A stretch of 64,000 nt of DNA from contig JAGVXK010000021.1 in assembly GCA_018303825.1 (NCBI GenBank), positions 46,694 through 110,693 of the forward strand, written 5' to 3'. Positions 57,343 through 64,000 of this stretch are shown in pieces (position 1 is the stretch's first letter; every line of letters starts with the position of its first letter). The notes beneath the pieces were generated by a model. The model did no database searches, was not told the DNA's origin, and worked only from the letters and a program-made list of their open reading frames with translations. Source of the stretch: Candidatus Pacearchaeota archaeon. GTDB lineage: Archaea; Nanobdellota; Nanobdellia; Pacearchaeales; GW2011-AR1. Position numbers and translations under genes: made by a program.

Positions 57343-58056
57343 AGCCTCTTCCTCTGTTTCTACCACTCTATCCAAATTTGAAGCCACGTAAAGATCTCTT
57401 TGCAGATTATATGCTTTCCACTCATCAAATCCACAAACCTGTGAAGGCGCTACACCATCAGAAATATTATCCTTGTGATACCAATATTCTAATTTCTTGC
57501 TGCCAATACCACCTCTAGGTATGAAATGATATACATTAATATCGGTTTTTTTAAACCCTTCATGAGTTCTTAGAGATTCATATTTCCATTTATACATATT
57601 ATAAAATTCCATGCCGACCACATCAAATAATCTTTCGTAATGCCCTACTCCACCATCATACGCCCCATCAGGATGAACTGTAACAAAATTAAAACTAAAT
57701 CCTGGTGCATTACTACAGTTCAACATTTCTGCCAATCGTGTAAAATCTTTCTGCAGAATTATTTCATCTGCATCAAGAATAAGTGCTCTTTTTGTTTTCA
57801 CTCTTTTGAGTGCAGAATTTCTCGCCTCCGCATATCCTTTAAATGGGGTATCATAGACAGATAAATGGGAAAAATCTTTTTTTGCTCTTTCTAATAACTC
57901 TCTTGTCCCATCTTTAGAACCCGTATCTACAACAACTCCTTTTCCAACGTGAGGCATTGCACCAGCGAGAAATCTCATTATGCCTCCTGCAGGATTCATC
58001 TTTTCATCTCTGACTATTGCACATAAACTTGTTTCGAGCAAGACTGCATCTTTCAT
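57328..58056 (-). CDS. GT2-family glycosyltransferase
   Basis: AIVRDE, VVDTGSKDGT, ARN, LILDADE. Confidence 0.8.
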   Translation of the reverse strand: MKDAVLLETSLCAIVRDEKMNPAGGIMRFLAGAMPHVGKGVVVDTGSKDGTRELLERAKKDFSHLSVYDTPFKGYAEARNSALKRVKTKRALILDADEIILQKDFTRLAEMLNCSNAPGFSFNFVTVHPDGAYDGGVGHYERLFDVVGMEFYNMYKWKYESLRTHEGFKKTDINVYHFIPRGGIGSKKLEYWYHKDNISDGVAPSQVCGFDEWKAYNLQRDLYVASNLDRVVETEEEALEAF

Positions 58057-58100
58057 AATTTCTCCTTCTTATCTCTATTTTTAAACTTATTCCTTTTTAT

Positions 58101-58541
58101 CTATCTAGGCCTGTAAGAAACTTCTCTTATCTCATCCATATTTACTGGAAAATCTGGGATTTGGTCTTTGTTTTCAAAATAATCTCTCTGCATTTCTTTT
58201 CTTCCAAGGTCATATCCTACTTTTTTATCTCTAAACCAAAATTCTATATACTTAGCCAAACCATGGCCTGATGGAACCCATAATTGGTTTTCAACTACTC
58301 TTACAAGAAAAGTAGCATATTTATCTGTCTCCAATTGAAAAACTCCGTCCTTTCCCTGTTTTAATGAGTATTTGCCAGTAGGAGTTTCCATCTCTATAAT
58401 ATCTTCTTCTACAATACCTTTTTGAGCGCCTTTTTCCTTCCATAATTGCCTGACTAAGGAAGATAAATCATTCTGACCTTTCTCAATCTGAAAAACAGCC
58501 ACATTCATATGTCCTTCCATACCTTTGGATTCGAAGGTCAT
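58101..58541 (-). CDS. Hypothetical protein
   Basis: 146-aa ORF; no motif. Confidence 0.55.
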   Translation of the reverse strand: MTFESKGMEGHMNVAVFQIEKGQNDLSSLVRQLWKEKGAQKGIVEEDIIEMETPTGKYSLKQGKDGVFQLETDKYATFLVRVVENQLWVPSGHGLAKYIEFWFRDKKVGYDLGRKEMQRDYFENKDQIPDFPVNMDEIREVSYRPR

Positions 58542-58647
58542 TATTTAAGCATTTATATTCCGGATTATTTAAGCCAAAACAAAAGCTTTTTAAATCGATT
58601 TTTGCTTGAGTTTTTACTTAAATTAACTTATAAATATACAAAGAAAA

Positions 58648-59247
58648 ATGTTTTATTTAACGGAAGTCGAGGATCATGTAAGAGTAGAGCCAAAGCATTT
58701 TGGTCTTCCTACAAAGGAAGCCATAGAGAGGCAGTTAAATGAGAGTTATGTAGACAAAGTTTTCAAAGAGCTTGGCTTTGTCATATCTGTTATTTCTGTA
58801 GATGAAGTAGATGATGGAGTAATTATTCCGGGAGACGGGGCAGCTTTCTATAAATCAGCGTTCAAATTACTTGTCTGGAAGCCTGAATTGCACGAGCTAG
58901 TTTATGGAACAATAGTAGAAATAGCAAATTTCGGAGCATTTATGCAAATAGGGCCGATGCAGGGAATGATTCATATTTCCCAGACAATGGAAGATTATGT
59001 TTCCCTCTCCAAAACCGGAACCCTGTCTGGCAAAGCATCAAAGAGAAATCTGGCCAAAGGAGATGATTGCCTGGCTAGAATTGTGGCGATATCATTCAAG
59101 AGCGGAGAGCCAAAAGTAGGACTTACAATGAGACAGCCCGGATTGGGAAAAGTAGAATGGTTGAAGGAAGATAAGAAAAAGAAAACCGCAGCAGTGAAAG
59201 CCGCAGCAAAGAAAGCAGAAAAGTCCGAGAAGAGAGGAAAGAAATAA
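58648..59247 (+). CDS. rpoE1: RNA polymerase subunit Rpo7 (E')
   Basis: VRVEP, GDGAAFY, FGAFMQIGPMQGMIHISQ, KVGLTMRQPGLGK. Confidence 0.95.
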   Translation: MFYLTEVEDHVRVEPKHFGLPTKEAIERQLNESYVDKVFKELGFVISVISVDEVDDGVIIPGDGAAFYKSAFKLLVWKPELHELVYGTIVEIANFGAFMQIGPMQGMIHISQTMEDYVSLSKTGTLSGKASKRNLAKGDDCLARIVAISFKSGEPKVGLTMRQPGLGKVEWLKEDKKKKTAAVKAAAKKAEKSEKRGKK

Positions 59248-59471
59248 TGGCAAAAACAATAAAATCAATAATTATGAACATAGTAAATGGCAAAAATGAT
59301 TTTGTATCACGGGGAGAATTATATGTAAAAGCACAAAGAATAGGATACAATGGAACGCAAGAAAGGTTATTGGGAAAAGCCAACCATATGATTGGTGAAG
59401 GATTATTATTTGGAAGAAAAAGAGGAATGGCGCAACTTTTAGAATATAGAGCTTTGGAGGCAGTAGCTTAA
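59247..59471 (+). CDS. Small hypothetical protein inserted between rpo7 and spt4
   Basis: TAATG overlap with rpo7; possible winged-helix pattern. Confidence 0.6.
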   Translation: MAKTIKSIIMNIVNGKNDFVSRGELYVKAQRIGYNGTQERLLGKANHMIGEGLLFGRKRGMAQLLEYRALEAVA

Positions 59472-59472
59472 A

Positions 59473-59658
59473 ATGGCACATAAGGCATGCAAACAATGCA
59501 AAGCAATTTACGATGGACAAAAATGCCCGAATTGCGGAAGCGAGGAATCAACAGATAGCTTTAAAGGGAAAGTCACAGTCATAAATGCAGAAAATTCAGA
59601 AATAGCTAAAAATTTAAAAGTTAAGGGCAAGGGCAAATTTGCCATAAAATTAGGGTAA
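59473..59658 (+). CDS. spt4: Transcription elongation factor Spt4
   Basis: KACKQC...CPNCGS, FKGKV, SEIAK. Confidence 0.92.
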   Translation: MAHKACKQCKAIYDGQKCPNCGSEESTDSFKGKVTVINAENSEIAKNLKVKGKGKFAIKLG

Positions 59659-59662
59659 AAAT

Positions 59663-59971
59663 ATGAAAGCTATTAAAGATACACAAAATACTTTATTGAA
59701 AAGAAGAGAGGTGAAGTTCTTAATTGAGTCTTCAGGAAATCCTGGATTTGACAAGGCAAAAGAATTAGTTATTAAGGATTTTAAAGCGCCGGAAGAAACT
59801 ATTGTCGTAAACAATGTCAAGGGAAAATTCGGAAGAGACACATTCTTAGTAGATGCTTTTATTTATGAATCAAAAGAGCAGAAAGATAAAATAGAACCTA
59901 AGCCAAAAGTCAAGAAAGTAGAAGGACAAGCAGCACAGCAAGCTACTCCAGCTCCGGAGGCTAAAAAATAA
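59663..59971 (+). CDS. rps24e: 30S ribosomal protein eS24
   Basis: NTLLKRREV, GKFG, AFIYES. Confidence 0.85.
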   Translation: MKAIKDTQNTLLKRREVKFLIESSGNPGFDKAKELVIKDFKAPEETIVVNNVKGKFGRDTFLVDAFIYESKEQKDKIEPKPKVKKVEGQAAQQATPAPEAKK

Positions 59972-59972
59972 T

Positions 59973-60191
59973 ATGAGAAATATGCTAAAAAGATTACAAG
60001 ACAAGTATATTATCGCCAAAGCTAATGTAATATATTTTATGAATGAAAGAATTCTTATTAAATATATTCCTGTAAATGTTGAAAGAGTCAGATTAGCTGA
60101 GCAAAGACAATATGAGAGAGAATATCAATCTATGAGGAAAATCTTTGATAAAGCTTCAGATAGACTTGATAAATTGATGGGGGGAGCATAA
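59973..60191 (+). CDS. Small hypothetical protein inserted between rps24e and rps27ae
   Basis: 1-bp spacing on both sides. Confidence 0.55.
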   Translation: MRNMLKRLQDKYIIAKANVIYFMNERILIKYIPVNVERVRLAEQRQYEREYQSMRKIFDKASDRLDKLMGGA

Positions 60192-60192
60192 A

Positions 60193-60399
60193 ATGGCAAC
60201 ATTAACATCTGGAACCAGCAAGGAAAGAAAGGGGAAAAAAGAGCATAAGAATAAGCCAACTTCGAAAAAGTGGGAGCATTATAAAAATGGGAAGAAAGAC
60301 AAGACCTGCCCAAGATGCGGTCCTGGAACATTCCTTGGAGTTCATAAAGACAGAGTTTCCTGCGGAAAATGCAAATACACAGAGTTTTCTAAGAAATAA
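60193..60399 (+). CDS. rps27ae: 30S ribosomal protein eS31 (S27ae)
   Basis: [22 protein letters not shown]. Confidence 0.93.
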   Translation: MATLTSGTSKERKGKKEHKNKPTSKKWEHYKNGKKDKTCPRCGPGTFLGVHKDRVSCGKCKYTEFSKK

Positions 60400-60576
60400 T
60401 CCTTTTTCTAACAAAAAGATATGATACCTTTGAATTATGCTTAGTTATCAATTTTATTTAAATTATATTAATAACAATTAATTAAGGAAGCTATTATTAT
60501 GGATAGTGAAAAGAGCAGGAAATAGAAGAGCAAAAATCAAACAAATATTTATAAAGACCAACTTTATCGCTAATTA

Positions 60577-60954
60577 ATGAGATGGAAAGGAAGGGCTTTT
60601 ACGCTTGGAATTGTTTTAAGCACCGCAAACTTTTTTTCTTACATTAATGGCAATATTCATAGTGCAAACGCAAAAGAAGGCTTAGAAGAAATGCAAAGAT
60701 GCAAATCTGCGTTGTTAGAATGCGACAGAAACAGCGAAGACGCTGCTAGAATTCTGGACAGTTTCCATCAATGGAGCAATTATACATCAGAAGAATCATT
60801 TAGATTGAGAAATGATAACATAAAACTTTTGATACCTTTTAGTTGGTATATTTTTGAAAATAAAAGGCCAGAAAAGCCAAACTTAAAGATAATACAGATA
60901 CCCTCAAGAAAAGTTCCCTATTACGATCAAAAAAGGGAAGAATTTAGCATATAA
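60577..60954 (+). CDS. Putative secreted hypothetical protein
   Basis: Signal-peptide-like N-term ending ANA. Confidence 0.5.
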   Translation: MRWKGRAFTLGIVLSTANFFSYINGNIHSANAKEGLEEMQRCKSALLECDRNSEDAARILDSFHQWSNYTSEESFRLRNDNIKLLIPFSWYIFENKRPEKPNLKIIQIPSRKVPYYDQKREEFSI

Positions 60955-61052
60955 AGAAAAAAGAAGATAGTGGAATGTAATGAAAAGAAAAAAGCTTATC
61001 GTGCTGGACTTTAGACCAGATTTAATCTTCTTTTCTTTTTTGGGAAAATGAT

Positions 61053-61238
61053 TCACCTCTTCGATTCGGATAGGCTTTTCTTGCCCAATTAATTCTGGGG
61101 CTTAAAGCGAAAAGCTTTGAAGAACCTTTCCTTTTACAATCAAACCCAATCATAAGGTTCTATTAAACCCGTTGAAGAGGAGGCCCAACCCTTCAAAATA
61201 GATGGATCGAACGTCCTCTCCCGGGAAAAAAGAGGTGA
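61053..61238. ncRNA. Candidate ~186-nt structured non-coding RNA
   Basis: Self-complementary ends (TCACCTCTT/AAGAGGTGA), an inner helix and four hairpins; BRE/TATA-like CGAAAGA-TTTAAATA on the minus strand about 30 nt from 61238. Confidence 0.45.
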
Positions 61239-61395
61239 TAATATATCTATGTAATAGGGATATTTAAATCTTTCGATTCTGTTATAACTTTCTAATGGGA
61301 ACACTTCCCGTGGAACTTACCTATTTTTGACTAGTATAGTATATAAGTTTTTCGACTATAAAAAGGCATATAAACTCTTTTTAGCATAAAACTGG

Positions 61396-62640
61396 ATGCA
61401 AGATAATAAGAAAGAGGTGACAAAAATAGGCGATTTAAATGAAAAAAATGATGTAAAAAATAATGGGATAGTTATTCCTATCAACAACATGAATAAGATA
61501 AGCCAGGAGCAGATTCATGACCTTTTATTCTCTGAAAAATTAAGCTGGCAGGCCATTATTTATGATTTAATCAATACCGAGCAACTTGACCCTTGGGATA
61601 TAGACTTAGTTGTTTTAACAAGCAAATACCTTGAAAAAATAAGAGTTTTTGAAGAAGCCAACTTCTTCATTTCCAGCAAAGTCCTATTTGCGGCAGCATT
61701 GCTTTTGAGGATAAAATCAGACATCCTGTTGAATGCCGATTTGCAAAGTCTGGACGATATCTTATTTGGAAGGAAAGAAGATAGGCATTATGTCCAGGAA
61801 AGAATTGAATTGGATGAAGAAATCCCGGGACTAGTAGCCAGAACACCATTGCCAAGATTCAGGAAAGTCACCCTTGCAGAACTTATGGCTTCTTTAGGAA
61901 AGGCAATTGCAACAGAAAACAGAAGAATAAAGAAAGTCGTCCTGCAAAAACAATATGAAAGAGAAGCAGAGGCAGTAATGCCGAAGCATACTTTTAATCT
62001 AAAAGATAAAGTGGCAGAAATATACCGAAAACTTCTTGACATGTTTGAAAAGAGAGAGGAGAAACTTCCATTTTCAGCAATTTCAGGAAATACAAGAGAG
62101 GAAAGAATATACAGCTTTGTCTCCCTGCTGCATCTAGACAACCAGCAGAAAATCTGGCTCGAGCAGGAGGGGCATTTCGATGAAATATGGATTCTTCTAA
62201 AGCATTTATACGACAAGAAATATGCGCAGGAATTAGAAGGCATGAAAAAATCAGTTGAAGAAGAATTTGAAAAACTTGCAGAAGAAGATAAAATCAGGGA
62301 GGAAAAACATAGATTAAGAAAAGAAAAAAAAGAAACAGAAAAAAGAGATAGAAGCAAGAGGGCTAAGAAAGCCTGGAAAAAAAGAAAACAAGAAAGCAGT
62401 AACGGAAATATTGATATCAATAATGTCCGCTCGAATGACAATGATTTAGGAGATAATGACTTTGATGACGAAGATGGGGATGATGGAGACAATGATGATG
62501 ATAAAGATGATAAAGGAAATGATAATGAAAACGATGAATTCAAAACCGATAAAGTTGAAAATTATGAAGACTTGGAAAACAAATCAGGATTCAGCAATCC
62601 AATCGACAGAATGATTGAAAATGAATTGGATGAAGATTGA
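61396..62640 (+). CDS. scpA: Segregation and condensation protein A (kleisin) with acidic low-complexity tail
   Basis: LDPWDIDLVVL, LFAAALLLRIKS, VTLAELMASL, FVSLLHL, LEQEGHFDEI. Confidence 0.9.
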   Translation: MQDNKKEVTKIGDLNEKNDVKNNGIVIPINNMNKISQEQIHDLLFSEKLSWQAIIYDLINTEQLDPWDIDLVVLTSKYLEKIRVFEEANFFISSKVLFAAALLLRIKSDILLNADLQSLDDILFGRKEDRHYVQERIELDEEIPGLVARTPLPRFRKVTLAELMASLGKAIATENRRIKKVVLQKQYEREAEAVMPKHTFNLKDKVAEIYRKLLDMFEKREEKLPFSAISGNTREERIYSFVSLLHLDNQQKIWLEQEGHFDEIWILLKHLYDKKYAQELEGMKKSVEEEFEKLAEEDKIREEKHRLRKEKKETEKRDRSKRAKKAWKKRKQESSNGNIDINNVRSNDNDLGDNDFDDEDGDDGDNDDDKDDKGNDNENDEFKTDKVENYEDLENKSGFSNPIDRMIENELDED

Positions 62641-62646
62641 AATTAT

Positions 62647-63189
62647 TTAATCACCATACCAATTGCTTGCCCGATAATCAGGTGTTGGCCTGCCACGGTC
62701 TTCAACAATAACTTTCAGATTATTTCTATCAAATGCTACCTGCAACCCTTTTCTATTCTCATTCATCAAAAGACGATACAAAATCTCGTCTGCAACCCAC
62801 ATTTTCGTTCGAGGATCATATTGATTGAGTGCGTGTAAAGCTGAAATTTCTTCATAAGCTCTTATTTTATTGCAAATAACATTAGCATAAGCTTCCTCGA
62901 CATCTCCCTGTTCATAAATATCGAATATTCCGTCAGAAATGCTCTTATTAAAGATATCCCTGGCATTTTTTAAACTTCTGTCAAATAAACTTGAAACCTG
63001 TACAATCCTAGCCTCAACAGCTTTATTACTCTCAGAAGATTCCAATCTTTTCGCCGTAGAGTCATAAATTGGAAGTTCTGTATCTAAAAGCTCAGATATA
63101 TGCTCACGCACACCTGATTTCCCGCATCCAACAAGAGATAAGGCAGACAAAGCAACTCCTGCAATTAAAGCCCTTGGTAAATAATTCAT
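62647..63189 (-). CDS. Putative lipoprotein
   Basis: Signal peptide ending in lipobox LVGC. Confidence 0.55.
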   Translation of the reverse strand: MNYLPRALIAGVALSALSLVGCGKSGVREHISELLDTELPIYDSTAKRLESSESNKAVEARIVQVSSLFDRSLKNARDIFNKSISDGIFDIYEQGDVEEAYANVICNKIRAYEEISALHALNQYDPRTKMWVADEILYRLLMNENRKGLQVAFDRNNLKVIVEDRGRPTPDYRASNWYGD

Positions 63190-63297
63190 AATCTTTCATC
63201 AAATAAGTATCTTTTAAACCTTTCCTCAAAAGTACATTGTAACGTTAAAGGGAGCTAACCCTTAGAAAATGTATGATAAATACCTCTTCAACCTTAA

Positions 63298-64000
63298 TTA
63301 TTCGAAAACGCCTTCTGGCATTTTATATCCTGTTGTTTCTTCTAAAGTTAAAAATACATCCGAAATCTTGGAAACATCTGAAAAATTTTTTCTATATTCA
63401 TTAATGAAATCTCGAAGTTCATCTGAATTTTGGACTAAAACTCCAATATCATAATCCCAGCCTCCTCCAATGTATCTGTAATAAAAAACAACTTTCTCAT
63501 GATACATAAAAAACTTTTTTATTTGATTATCGATTTCTTCTTCATATTTGTGGAGTTTTATTTGTATTGCAAACCATTCATAACCTAATTTTTTCCAATC
63601 TATAGAGATTGTATGTCCAATTATAATCTTATTTTTTATCAATGCTTTAATCCTGTTGTTTACTCCATTCGGAGTGAGATTTGTTTGATGAGAAATATCT
63701 ACTAATGTTTTTCTGGAATCCTGATTTAATAAAGAAAGAATTTTATGGTCAATTTTATCAAGTTCAATAATGTTTTTATTTTTTGATTGAATATGTGGTA
63801 TACTAGCTTTTCCAATTAACTTTGGTGCAAAATAATTGCTTTCACTCAATCTTAAAACTTCATAATTATCAATAAAGTTCCCGAATTTTTGGAGAAAATC
63901 CCCCAATATCTTTTCGAGATTAGAATTTTTTTCATAAAGGATTATGTCAAAAACCAGACTCCATTTGCCCGCAGAAGTTCCTATCCAACTCATAAAATGG
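63298..64000 (-). CDS. Lrp/AsnC-family transcriptional regulator, 5' partial
   Basis: LDKIDHKILSLLNQDSRKTLVDISHQTNLTPNGVNNRIKAL HTH plus RAM domain; frame open to the window edge. Confidence 0.85.
   Translation of the reverse strand, partial: HFMSWIGTSAGKWSLVFDIILYEKNSNLEKILGDFLQKFGNFIDNYEVLRLSESNYFAPKLIGKASIPHIQSKNKNIIELDKIDHKILSLLNQDSRKTLVDISHQTNLTPNGVNNRIKALIKNKIIIGHTISIDWKKLGYEWFAIQIKLHKYEEEIDNQIKKFFMYHEKVVFYYRYIGGGWDYDIGVLVQNSDELRDFINEYRKNFSDVSKISDVFLTLEETTGYKMPEGVFE

Noticed and set aside
61053-61238. Firm call as RNase P RNA or SRP RNA
   Set aside because: No matching P4 3' strand/CR-V and no helix-8 GGAA with CAGG/AGCA loop; kept only as an unassigned candidate
61290-61316. ORB-like motif TTCCCGTGGAA suggesting a replication origin
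   Set aside because: One imperfect copy, no G-string, no repeated array and no cdc6/orc1 nearby
1-64000. CRISPR array or cas genes
   Set aside because: No run of ~25-45-bp repeats with unique spacers was seen; the Cas4-like Cys pattern at 53700-54450 is part of a UvrD fusion

Overview
AT-rich, gene-dense archaeal chromosome segment. The gene set (archaeal PheS/PheT, SerS, Rpp30, Rpo7, Spt4, eS24, eS31, ScpA, intron-containing tRNAs, class III signal-peptide proteins) and many ORFans suggest a DPANN archaeon, probably Pacearchaeota-like (inference). It holds about 70 CDSs, five tRNAs (Ile-UAU and Trp-CCA with introns, Gln-CUG, Thr-GGU, Ser-GGA), and no rRNA or CRISPR array. Main points: (1) an 8.6-kb tyrosine-integrase element inserted at the 3' end of tRNA-Ile(UAU), bounded by a perfect 15-bp direct repeat. 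It has five TGTACA palindromes at exact 12-bp spacing next to the att site. Its cargo is a putative glycosyl-glycerate (compatible solute) module plus a frameshifted P-type ATPase. (2) A tandemly duplicated cassette of small membrane protein, DUF167-like gene and pilin-LamG adhesin, with an 80-bp identical block, next to a very large surface protein that the ORF track missed. (3) A ~990-aa protein with HTH plus two metallophosphoesterase-like domains. (4) A NUDIX-thyA-folA-tmk operon and a stand-alone MTHFR-like gene. (5) Two candidate structured non-coding RNAs with their own promoter-like motifs. All calls come from reading motifs by eye; no database search was run.
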